Made by a program: the position numbers and the translations under genes. A stretch of 64,000 nucleotides of DNA from a virus: IMG/VR virus record IMGVR_UViG_3300016476_001289. One strand, given 5' to 3'. Shown in pieces: positions 46,336 through 55,357 of this stretch. The number at the start of each line of letters is the position of its first letter. The first letter of the stretch is position 1. A model generated the notes under the pieces. It saw only the letters and a program-made list of their open reading frames with translations, searched no databases and was not told the origin of the DNA.

Positions 46336-47532
46336 ATGAGTGAAAAAATTAAAAATGTTTTGGATCAAGTCAAAACTAGAATGGCATCCTTAAAAGGTAG
46401 AGGTGAAGAAGCTACTAAACAAGCTATTATCCTCCCCATCCTTGATGCTCTTGGTTATGACATCTGGAATCCTAGTGAAGTCTGTCCTGAATATGAAGCT
46501 GATTTTGCTATTAAAAAATCAGGGCAAAAAGAAAAAGTAGACCTCGCTATTCTTGTTGGAGGGATGCCCAGAATCTTTATTGAAATCAAGTCTATTGATG
46601 TTAATCTAGATGGTCATGAAGGTCAACTCGCTAGATATTTCAATTCAGTACCTATGGTTAAACTTGGTATCTTAACTAATGGTTTAGAATGGAAATTCTT
46701 TACAGATATCCAAGATGTTAATATCATGGATGCACAACCTTTCAATCAAACTAATATTAATTCTTTTGATGCTGTAGAAATCCTCGCTAAGTTCAGTAAA
46801 GGTGTTTTCACTGCCGAATCTATTAGAGATTATGCTACCGAAAATATCTACACCGAAAAAATCGCCAAGTTCCTTAAAACGGAAATTGACCTAAGAGATA
46901 AAGACCCTTCAGAATACTTTGTCCGATGGGTTCTCAAGTCCGAAAATATGTACGAAGGTGTTGTCAATTCTAATGTTATTGATCGATTTAAAGGACTTGT
47001 TAAAAAAGCATATTCCCAAGTCCTTAGAGATATTGTTAGAAGATCTTTAGCTTCTATTGATAATGCTGTCATTTCTGAAGTTGAAATTGATAAATCCCCC
47101 TCTTCTCCTATTATCGAAGAAAAAAGTAAATCTCGTATTTATACTTCTGATAATGAATTGAAATGCTATGAAGTATTAAGAGCTTTATTTGAAAGTTCTT
47201 TATATTCCACTAAAACAATCTACGATAATACATTGAAAAAAGATGTGTCCCTAGAATTAGGTTATAGAGACACTACTGCTTATTTTGGGGTATATATCAA
47301 CAAACCTAGTAATTGGATTGCTAGAATTGCTATTGATACTAAAACAACATGGATCGCTTTTAATTTAGACCCTATTAGATTTAATGAACTTTTACCTAGT
47401 TCATTTCAAAAACTAGAACCTATTGCTTTTGGGGAATGTAGATGTGCTATTTCTAATCCTGAAGATCTAAATGCTCTTACTAGAGTCTTCTATGCTACTC
47501 TAGATCAATTAATTACGGATAAGAATACTTAA
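46336..47532 (+). CDS. HsdR N-terminal (HSDR_N) PD-(D/E)xK nuclease-domain protein
   Basis: EEATKQAIILPILDALGYD, PEY, VDLAI, FIEIK, GILTNGLEW.FFTD; no helicase motifs. Confidence 0.85.
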   Translation: MSEKIKNVLDQVKTRMASLKGRGEEATKQAIILPILDALGYDIWNPSEVCPEYEADFAIKKSGQKEKVDLAILVGGMPRIFIEIKSIDVNLDGHEGQLARYFNSVPMVKLGILTNGLEWKFFTDIQDVNIMDAQPFNQTNINSFDAVEILAKFSKGVFTAESIRDYATENIYTEKIAKFLKTEIDLRDKDPSEYFVRWVLKSENMYEGVVNSNVIDRFKGLVKKAYSQVLRDIVRRSLASIDNAVISEVEIDKSPSSPIIEEKSKSRIYTSDNELKCYEVLRALFESSLYSTKTIYDNTLKKDVSLELGYRDTTAYFGVYINKPSNWIARIAIDTKTTWIAFNLDPIRFNELLPSSFQKLEPIAFGECRCAISNPEDLNALTRVFYATLDQLITDKNT

Positions 47533-48773
47533 GCACCTAATACCATCCAATTTAAATAAACAGTAACTTCTGCACCACTACCATTAAATAAGTCTAATTC
47601 TACATTCGCATGAACACCTAATACTCTTGAGGTAATATGTGCAGGTCTATTTAAAACTAAACCTACTTCATTTGGATACTCTAAAGTAACAATAATTACT
47701 TGTGTTAATGTTATAAATGCACCAGGTATAGAAAAGCCTGTAAGAGTATCACCTGGTAAAAGAGATGTTTCTATTCTACCATAAGGATTTGATATAATAG
47801 TCCCATCTCCACCATATACAGAAAGAACTCCATCTATTTCATACTCATTTAATGTAACATTTGCTCCCTTAATGACTACTTTACCTGCACTTGCACCATT
47901 TGCTCCTGCAACAGGTTCTAATATAACATTACCTGAACTATGACCTGCACCATTACCTAATCCTGATTTAAGTGTTACATCCCCACCATTATTTATCCAC
48001 CCAGGACCAGGAATTGATACTCCACCACCTTCTATTAATACACTACCACTATCACAATCTTCACCTGTATTGATAGCACCACCACCATGTATACTAACAC
48101 CACCTGCTTCAAAACCACCTGACCATACTGGCCCTCCATATATATTCACATTACCACCATCACCTGAAGGTTTATCTCCTGCCCATAAAGTAATATTTCC
48201 TGCATTTCCTGTACCACCACGACCACCATATACAAATACCCCACCACCATTAACACCACCATCTCTTCCTCTTAATTCAAGACTACCTCCACTACCATTA
48301 TCTGAAATACCTGTTTCTAATGAGATACTACCACCAGCTCCATTAATAGAATTACCTGCATTGATTTGAATACCTCCACCTGTTTCATCAACAGCATTAC
48401 CTGCACTAACTTGGATACTTGTACCTACATCACTATTAGTATCATCTACCAAATAAAAAGTATTATCTACATAAGACACATTAATTTTATAATTAACACC
48501 ATCTTCATCTGTACTTAAGAGATTTATATCTCCCATCAAGAAAAAGGTTTCTATTAAACCTTGATTTATAAATGTTCTGATAGCACCATTCTCATAGCTA
48601 TATTGTACTTGTTCTGTAAATAAGACAACAACTGAACCATTAGCAGGAATGTATTGATAGGGTTTACGATTATTTACACGACCATTTTGGTCTTTACCAT
48701 CATGTATATCATTTATGTAAATTGAAGAAGAAGAACCTATGTTAGTGATTCTTAAAGATAATGAATTTGCCAT
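47529..48773 (-). CDS. fibre/decoration protein with shared N-terminal anchor and Gly-rich beta repeats
   Basis: N-terminal ~70 aa paralogous to 49625..50341; repeats GGxxxI/LxxG. Confidence 0.7.
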   Translation of the reverse strand: MANSLSLRITNIGSSSSIYINDIHDGKDQNGRVNNRKPYQYIPANGSVVVLFTEQVQYSYENGAIRTFINQGLIETFFLMGDINLLSTDEDGVNYKINVSYVDNTFYLVDDTNSDVGTSIQVSAGNAVDETGGGIQINAGNSINGAGGSISLETGISDNGSGGSLELRGRDGGVNGGGVFVYGGRGGTGNAGNITLWAGDKPSGDGGNVNIYGGPVWSGGFEAGGVSIHGGGAINTGEDCDSGSVLIEGGGVSIPGPGWINNGGDVTLKSGLGNGAGHSSGNVILEPVAGANGASAGKVVIKGANVTLNEYEIDGVLSVYGGDGTIISNPYGRIETSLLPGDTLTGFSIPGAFITLTQVIIVTLEYPNEVGLVLNRPAHITSRVLGVHANVELDLFNGSGAEVTVYLNWMVLGA

Positions 48774-48779
48774 TTTTAA

Positions 48780-48803
48780 AACTCCTTGTGTTTATAAGGA
48801 GTT
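48780..48803 (-). promoter_or_regulatory. 8-bp hairpin covering the SD
   Basis: Minus strand AACTCCTT-ATAAACAC-AAGGAGTT; AAGGAG lies 8 nt before ATG 48773. Confidence 0.55.
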
Positions 48804-48819
48804 AGCTATTTAACTAATA

Positions 48820-49563
48820 TTAAACCTTGATAGCTGTGAAATATGTACCATTACTAGCCCCACTACCTTGTACCACATGAGAAGTAGGATTAGAACTATA
48901 TGCTGTAAATTGAATATAGTCAGTAGAACCATTTAAATAGGTGATGCTTGATGCAAATAAAGACCCACCTGTAGATGTTGGAATAGGTGATTGATTTATA
49001 GCAACAGAATCTAGTCCTTTTCTTATTTGTATATTCATTTGGTTTAAAGAAGAAGCACCTGCTACAAACCATGCACTAACACAAATATTGTAATACCCTG
49101 GTAATGTAGGCTGATATTTATAAGTACTATTATTCCACCAGCTCAAAGGATCTAGTGATAATGTTTGATTATTTTGAAATTGAATAATGTTATCTTCACT
49201 ACTTGTAATTGTTTGATCACCTGATAACCTACCTGTGCAAATATAAGAAGCACTGTTACTGACTCTCACCCAACCAATACTTGTAGCTACTACTTCTAAA
49301 GTATCATTCTTATCATACATGAGATAAGAATTTAAACCATCAATAGTAGAACTATTAGTGGAAGCATTAACAGTAATAGTAGATGAAATATTACTAGGTG
49401 CTTTAATTACATACCTAGACCCTAAAACAGATGATGGTGAAGGTAAGTTAATAGTCTGACCACTATAACCTACATAAATACTATCAAATTTTGTTAAATT
49501 ATAGGTAGTGGCATTACTTGCTACTTTAACAGGTACTTTATTATTTTGATAATGGATGGTCAT
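48820..49563 (-). CDS. fibre-type protein with C1q/TNF-like C-terminal domain (putative)
   Basis: TINLPSPS...YVIK...TIDG...LEVV..SIGW fibre module, then YQPTLPGYYNI...DYIQF beta-sandwich. Confidence 0.6.
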   Translation of the reverse strand: MTIHYQNNKVPVKVASNATTYNLTKFDSIYVGYSGQTINLPSPSSVLGSRYVIKAPSNISSTITVNASTNSSTIDGLNSYLMYDKNDTLEVVATSIGWVRVSNSASYICTGRLSGDQTITSSEDNIIQFQNNQTLSLDPLSWWNNSTYKYQPTLPGYYNICVSAWFVAGASSLNQMNIQIRKGLDSVAINQSPIPTSTGGSLFASSITYLNGSTDYIQFTAYSSNPTSHVVQGSGASNGTYFTAIKV

Positions 49564-49624
49564 TTGAAAAACCCTATCTAAGACTATACTATTAAATAAG
49601 GTTTTATTTAAAAAATATTAAATA

Positions 49625-50341
49625 TTAAGCAAAAGCACAACCGTTGTTACTAATAACATACCATTTACCACTAATGTATTGAAGCATACAACTATCACGA
49701 ACATCCGCTAAAGTAACAGTAGTAGCGCCACCCCAAGCAGCATTAGTTACAGTAACTACCATATCACCACCACCATCAGTCTTCATTACAAGAATCTTAA
49801 TTTGACCTTCTACACCATCTGCGAGTGTAGAAGTCTCACCATCACCACCTGTAACATAATATGTAGTAGTGGTGTTAATAGGAGTAGCAACAGCATTTGC
49901 ACCTTGATTAACATTTACTACAATAGACTTACCAATAACAACAGCTTCTGCATTGTTAGTGGTTGTAAACTTTAAATAAGAATTAGCACCTTGAGCAATA
50001 TTTAATGCGGTTGCTAAATTGTCAGTTAAAGAAACAGAAGTTAAACCACCTAAAGAAGTAATCGCATCAGAAACATCAGTGTTTACAATGAAAGATGTAG
50101 TGATATAACCTTCAGTAATCAAACCACGAATACCACCTTGTTGATAGCTAAAAGCAATCTGATCGGTGAAAACGAGATCAATATAACCAGGTTCTTCTTC
50201 TGTTCCTACAGGTACATATTGTGGTGATTTTTGATTTTGTACACGACCATTGGAATCTTTACCATCATGGGTGTCAGGCAAATAAATAGAAGAATCTATA
50301 GTGCGTAAATGAGTAACTCTTAAAATAATACCATATGACAT
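49625..50341 (-). CDS. decoration/fibre protein with shared N-terminal anchor
   Basis: SIYLPDTHDGKDSNGRV...QYVP...FTDQIAFSYQQGGIRG matches the 48773 N-terminus. Confidence 0.7.
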   Translation of the reverse strand: MSYGIILRVTHLRTIDSSIYLPDTHDGKDSNGRVQNQKSPQYVPVGTEEEPGYIDLVFTDQIAFSYQQGGIRGLITEGYITTSFIVNTDVSDAITSLGGLTSVSLTDNLATALNIAQGANSYLKFTTTNNAEAVVIGKSIVVNVNQGANAVATPINTTTTYYVTGGDGETSTLADGVEGQIKILVMKTDGGGDMVVTVTNAAWGGATTVTLADVRDSCMLQYISGKWYVISNNGCAFA

Positions 50342-50408
50342 AGTATATCTCCTTGAATGTTTTTTTTATCTATATCTTTATATAAAGAGATAATAGATAA
50401 ATTATTTA

Positions 50409-51512
50409 TTGAAAGAGGTAATCGTGTTACAAAAACAATTTATAAAAGACTACACTCACTACTATAATGCTTTCTTTCTTTATAAAACAAGATACCCTGA
50501 AATCCAAGATGCTATCCTTGTTAATAAATTCCTGACATCTGAAAAGTCTGACTTATTACATACAATAAGTATTATGAAAGAAATCCTATCCTATTTAGAT
50601 TATGGATATGATGATAATATAATCGAAGACCGAGTTGTCGTAGAGAAGATGGAAAGGGCGATTCTCCAAGATTCTTTTAACATAAACCCTAAAGATGTAG
50701 TCATACTAAGTAATATAGAAGAAGATGACACCCCAAATGCTAAAAATAGAAAGAAACAAAAATTTAAAATTAAAGGATTTGATGTTATTACTTATGACTT
50801 ACAAAATAATGATGACTATGAACTCATATCTACAATCATAAGTGAATATGAAAAAAGAGCTAGACATCACTTACCTGAATTACTAAAACATAAAATCCCC
50901 TTAGTATTTACCTTTAGTGATTTTCACATCTCTGATGCTTATGCTAGTTTTTTCTTAGGTAGTAAAGAAATAAATATCAATATAGCTAGAAGTAAAGAAG
51001 ACTATGGCACTAAAAATATTTCTATTTATGTTAAAACACTAGCACATGAAATGGCACATTATATCTATTTTGAGATTTTCAATGAGAAAGCTAGAAAATA
51101 TTGGGAAGGTGAATTTAAAAAAGGTATTGATGGCGATGTGGTACAAGAATTACTATATGATATGGATGATTATGAGACATTATCTTCTTTCTTAAAAAGA
51201 ATAAAACAAGAAGACCCTAGAAGATATGTACAAATAATTTCTATTCAAGATTTATATTCCCCTACACTTTTGACTAGAACAAAAGGACAACTGAGTAAAT
51301 ATAAATATCATAAATCACCTGTATCTGAATATGGCAACCAAAACGCATTTGAAAACTTTGCTGAAGTTATAGGTTTCATATTAGGTTTTGGAACAAGGTC
51401 CGTCCTACCCGAATTACTCGGTAAAGCTAAGGTTTTATTTCCAAATTTAAGGGTTTCTAGTCTTAGAAAAAGAAGTAATCTATTTATGAATAGAGATATA
51501 TATAAATCATAA
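50409..51512 (+). CDS. zincin metallopeptidase-like protein
   Basis: LAHEMAH (51045-51059) plus EYG...ENFAE third-ligand motif. Start may be GTG 50424. Confidence 0.7.
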   Translation: MKEVIVLQKQFIKDYTHYYNAFFLYKTRYPEIQDAILVNKFLTSEKSDLLHTISIMKEILSYLDYGYDDNIIEDRVVVEKMERAILQDSFNINPKDVVILSNIEEDDTPNAKNRKKQKFKIKGFDVITYDLQNNDDYELISTIISEYEKRARHHLPELLKHKIPLVFTFSDFHISDAYASFFLGSKEININIARSKEDYGTKNISIYVKTLAHEMAHYIYFEIFNEKARKYWEGEFKKGIDGDVVQELLYDMDDYETLSSFLKRIKQEDPRRYVQIISIQDLYSPTLLTRTKGQLSKYKYHKSPVSEYGNQNAFENFAEVIGFILGFGTRSVLPELLGKAKVLFPNLRVSSLRKRSNLFMNRDIYKS

Positions 51513-51516
51513 ATAG
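51476..51516 (+). promoter_or_regulatory. late-promoter motif within a perfect 10-bp inverted repeat
   Basis: CTATTTATGA (51480-89) / TCATAAATAG (51507-16); loop contains TATATATAAA. Confidence 0.55.
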
Positions 51517-51529
51517 CGAGTGTATAAAA

Positions 51530-52417
51530 ATGAGTGTAGTTTTTAAAAGAGGACAAACCCTTAGTCGTGGAGATTTAGACCTCTTCTTGACTAATAGTAG
51601 TGGTAATGTCGCTAATGCTGCAGATATAACCTATGCTATCTATTTCTCCGATAATCAAGTAGATGTTCTCATAGGTGACCCAGCTAGAATACCCGAAAAT
51701 CCTGCTGTCGGGGAATATTATGCTTCTCTTAGAATACCTGCCACTGCTTCCTTTGGTACTTATAGAATAAAATGGGCAATTAGGGAACTTGTTAATAGTC
51801 CTATTCAAAATGTAGTTCAAGAATTTGGTGTTGTAACAGAGGACTCTATTGTAAGCTACGGTATGTCTGAATCTATGAAGTCAATGGTAGATAAACTCAG
51901 AATATTACTTAGGGACAACAACCCTGATAAATTTTACCATTTCAGACCACCTGAAGCTGAAGCTGTTGTAGGTCAATATAATAGAGTCTTCGGTCAAGTA
52001 TGGGAAGATTATGAATTAATGGAATATATAGAAAGAGCTTTAGACTGGTGGAATATGATGCCACCTGAAACTGAGAATTACCGTACCGTAGAAGTTCTAG
52101 TTACTCAAAAACCTGCTTGGAGAACACCTATATTGCAAGGTGCTATTGTATTCGCCGCTATGGCACTACAAGCTAACTGGATTGTTGATGAGTTTGATTA
52201 TTCTATTGGGGGTATATCTCTAAATATAGATAAATCATCTAAATACGAGGGTTTAAAGAGTAGTGCTGAAAGTCAATGGCAAACTGCTACTGAAATGAAA
52301 GCTAGAACTACTAAAATCATCAGAGGTCTTGTCCAACCTAAATATGGTATTGGTGTAAGATCAGCATTCGGTCCTGCTGTTGGTCGTGGTGTCCTATCCC
52401 CTAGAAACTTTATATAA
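51530..52417 (+). CDS. putative neck/head-tail adaptor protein with N-terminal Ig-like domain
   Basis: LRILLRD...EDYEL..YIERAL...DYSIGGISL resembles head-tail adaptors; family assignment is inferred. Confidence 0.55.
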   Translation: MSVVFKRGQTLSRGDLDLFLTNSSGNVANAADITYAIYFSDNQVDVLIGDPARIPENPAVGEYYASLRIPATASFGTYRIKWAIRELVNSPIQNVVQEFGVVTEDSIVSYGMSESMKSMVDKLRILLRDNNPDKFYHFRPPEAEAVVGQYNRVFGQVWEDYELMEYIERALDWWNMMPPETENYRTVEVLVTQKPAWRTPILQGAIVFAAMALQANWIVDEFDYSIGGISLNIDKSSKYEGLKSSAESQWQTATEMKARTTKIIRGLVQPKYGIGVRSAFGPAVGRGVLSPRNFI

Positions 52418-52435
52418 TAAGAAAGAACAATAAAA

Positions 52436-52750
52436 ATGCAATTTTCATCAGAACAAATAGAAAAGATAATGTCTTGGATTTATAAGGGTCTATCAGCTAC
52501 TGTTATACCACTATTATATTGGCTTAATAGTATCTCTGTTGAAAATGCTGTTATTAATACAAAACTCTATACCCTACAAAATCAAATACAGAGAATCGAC
52601 TACCAAGTCTATGAAATAAAAAAAGAAATAAATAACGATTCAATACTAGACGCACAATCAAGACAAAGTATTAAAGACATAGAAAAGAATATAGACAATG
52701 TTCAAAAAAATCTCGTAGAAATACAAGGTATTCTCATTAAGGGAGAATGA
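52436..52750 (+). CDS. membrane-anchored coiled-coil protein (holin-like?)
   Basis: One hydrophobic segment followed by a heptad coiled coil. Confidence 0.55.
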   Translation: MQFSSEQIEKIMSWIYKGLSATVIPLLYWLNSISVENAVINTKLYTLQNQIQRIDYQVYEIKKEINNDSILDAQSRQSIKDIEKNIDNVQKNLVEIQGILIKGE

Positions 52751-52754
52751 TTAA

Positions 52755-52988
52755 ATGATAATCAATGACTTAACTATCATATCTGTTTCTTTTGTTGTTG
52801 TTTTAGTCAGTACATCTATTTCTCCCCCAAAAGAAATAAATGTCCCTAAACTTAAAATGGAAGAAATAGAATTATATGACCAAAAAAAACCTTTAACTAG
52901 TAATGAATTTTTACTCAAATCTAAAGATGTAGAAATTCTATCTGATGATATATTAAGTCTAGTAAAGGTGAAGTATCATGTTAAGTGA
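52755..52988 (+). CDS. small N-terminally membrane-anchored protein
   Basis: TM segment followed by PKEINVPKLKMEE. Confidence 0.6.
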   Translation: MIINDLTIISVSFVVVLVSTSISPPKEINVPKLKMEEIELYDQKKPLTSNEFLLKSKDVEILSDDILSLVKVKYHVK

Positions 52989-53376
52989 ATCTCATACTTC
53001 TTTTGTCTATACAATGCTCAGTTTTGTTTTATACCTAAGTCTATTTATCGCTTCTCTATTTGAAAAACCTAAACAAATAGAAATTAACATTCCTTCTAAA
53101 TTAAAATTAGAAGAAGTTAAACTCAATTTTGAAAAAAAGACTCTCTTTGAAGAACAAAAAATTACTTTTGATAATAGGATCTTCAAGAATCCAAAAAATT
53201 TAATGTGTACCAAAATAAAACCTAAAGACATAAAAACTCAATATTTACTTTTAGATAAACTTAAAAGAGATTCTTTAGATTTAAATAATAAAACAAGGGA
53301 CATTAAATCTAGGGTGAGAATTAAAAAAGCTAGTGAAAAAGCTTTACATGAAATTGATAGTAAAAAGAAACTATAA
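52978..53376 (+). CDS. N-terminally membrane-anchored protein (paralog of the previous gene)
   Basis: TM segment followed by PKQIEINIPSKLKLEE. Confidence 0.6.
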   Translation: MLSESHTSFVYTMLSFVLYLSLFIASLFEKPKQIEINIPSKLKLEEVKLNFEKKTLFEEQKITFDNRIFKNPKNLMCTKIKPKDIKTQYLLLDKLKRDSLDLNNKTRDIKSRVRIKKASEKALHEIDSKKKL

Positions 53377-53378
53377 TT

Positions 53379-53397
53379 TGGTATAATGCCTTTATAT
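53379..53397 (+). promoter_or_regulatory. extended -10 (TGGTATAAT) overlapping late motif TAAT-GCCT-TTATAT
   Basis: Both patterns read directly upstream of ATG 53417. Confidence 0.45.
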
Positions 53398-53416
53398 CAT
53401 CAAAGGAGTTTATATC

Positions 53417-53683
53417 ATGTCTGAACAACCGAATCTCAATATCGTTGGCACTCTATCTGAAAAGCAACTTGCACAATTCAATGAATTAAAGCAAACTGCT
53501 GTTCAACTTGTTAATCAAATTGGTGCTCTTGAAGTTAAAAAATCAAGACTTCTCGCTGAAGTCGATGCTAATGAAGAAAAAGCTCAAAACCTACTCAAAT
53601 TGGTTAAAATGCAATTTGATCTATCCGAAGATTCACCCTTCCAAATCTTAGAAGATGGGCGTATCGTTACACCTAACTCTTAA
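53417..53683 (+). CDS. small coiled-coil hypothetical protein
   Basis: 88 aa with AAAGGAG SD. Confidence 0.75.
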   Translation: MSEQPNLNIVGTLSEKQLAQFNELKQTAVQLVNQIGALEVKKSRLLAEVDANEEKAQNLLKLVKMQFDLSEDSPFQILEDGRIVTPNS

Positions 53684-55301
53684 TCTCATATAAATAATCA
53701 GTATTATCTAAATCCTTATTTAAAACTACACCATAATCTACACTATTTAACTTTTTACCTAGAATTATAGGAATATAAGTATTCTCATATAAACTATCGA
53801 GTTCCTTATTATACTCTTTTTGAATATTGTTTAAAACTACAAGATCTCTCTTTAACAAAGCATCTTTTAAACGATCTTCTATATATTCACCTAAGATACC
53901 TTTATCTTCACTCAAATTGAAAAGATACTTATATACACCTATAACAAGAGATTCTGCACTATCTACTTTAAACTTAGCACCTAATACCTTCTCTGTTAAC
54001 GAATACATATTGAAATTACTCTCTAATAACATAGGTAAAGATAACTTCTCAACACCATCTACTTTAAATCTACGATCTAAATAGAAATTCCCTGATTTGA
54101 AATTACCTGTTAAGACATTCAATTCTTTTGATCCAAAGTCTATCTTTGTACTATTAGGTGTTGTAATACTCTTATCTGTTATAGATGGAGGACTAAAATT
54201 CATTGAAGGGGTAATGTAATATTTAGCTAATTCATCTAATTGTTCTTGTGTATATACACTAGGTTTATTCTCTTTTAATAATCCCCTTAAAAAATCAGTG
54301 GTTATTGTTAATGCTATAAGTCTTTTAGGGTCAGTGTCCGCATAGACTATATCTGATATAATAGGTGTGTCTTCAATGTTGATTTCAAACATGAAATGGT
54401 CAGTATGCGGACCCTCTTCAAAAAAGTCTGAATTTAGTCCAGTTTTCAATTCAAATTCATCTAAATACTTGTTATCCACCCTTACTAATAAGGTCTTAAT
54501 CCTACACCCTTCTTTATCATATAAGTTATAACTCTTATAGGAGTTAAGATTAAGTGTTATCCCACCTACTACTAACACTTCTTGATTAAGAATCTTGTCA
54601 AAAAGACTTACATTCTCTTTAAGAGAAATATTAAATTCACCATTACGAGTAAATTCATGATTGATAAAATCTGCCCATTCTCTTGTCACACTTCTTGTTT
54701 CAAAAGAACAAGGGATAAAATTACCTTCAGGATCTAAAGACCCGTATTTTTTACTTGGTGATTTTCTCAAATAAATCTTATTTAATTGTACAATATCTAC
54801 CTTAGCACAAGCTTTTTTCATCTCTTTAAAGAGAGTATTTAAATCACATGAAGGAACTTGACCAGGGTTTTTAACAAAAGGCATATTAGGTCTTCTCTTT
54901 AAGAGAAAAGCGTCTATATGATCGATAGCTACTATAATCTCTTTAGTAGTTGAAGCATCTTTAAATCTTGACATTAAGACACGATCACCACATCTATTTA
55001 AAGTGTCTCTTGCTAAATATAACTCACCTAAAGAATATAACACCCTTGAGAAAGCTAAAATTAAAGTACGACTTAATTCTTCTTCATCGGTAAGAGAATC
55101 AAAAGTTGTTTTATTGATCTCTTTAAAAGAGTAAATTTTAGGATTGGTGGCAGTGAGATAGTAAAAGTCTTTATTACTACCTAATACGGTATTGTCGGAT
55201 AAACAGATTTTATATTCTCTTTCACCAACAACAGCTAATTTATTGTCTTGGGGCAATTCTTCTTTAATGAGAAAGAATTGATTGTTAGTAACTAACTTCA
55301 T
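53673..55301 (-). CDS. hypothetical protein
   Basis: 542-aa ORF, AAAGGA SD; no motif I can name. Confidence 0.8.
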   Translation of the reverse strand: MKLVTNNQFFLIKEELPQDNKLAVVGEREYKICLSDNTVLGSNKDFYYLTATNPKIYSFKEINKTTFDSLTDEEELSRTLILAFSRVLYSLGELYLARDTLNRCGDRVLMSRFKDASTTKEIIVAIDHIDAFLLKRRPNMPFVKNPGQVPSCDLNTLFKEMKKACAKVDIVQLNKIYLRKSPSKKYGSLDPEGNFIPCSFETRSVTREWADFINHEFTRNGEFNISLKENVSLFDKILNQEVLVVGGITLNLNSYKSYNLYDKEGCRIKTLLVRVDNKYLDEFELKTGLNSDFFEEGPHTDHFMFEINIEDTPIISDIVYADTDPKRLIALTITTDFLRGLLKENKPSVYTQEQLDELAKYYITPSMNFSPPSITDKSITTPNSTKIDFGSKELNVLTGNFKSGNFYLDRRFKVDGVEKLSLPMLLESNFNMYSLTEKVLGAKFKVDSAESLVIGVYKYLFNLSEDKGILGEYIEDRLKDALLKRDLVVLNNIQKEYNKELDSLYENTYIPIILGKKLNSVDYGVVLNKDLDNTDYLYEIKS

Positions 55302-55357
55302 AATGAAATCCTTTGTAAGAAGTTTATATGTATTATATTATTTCAAGGAGTCTTATC

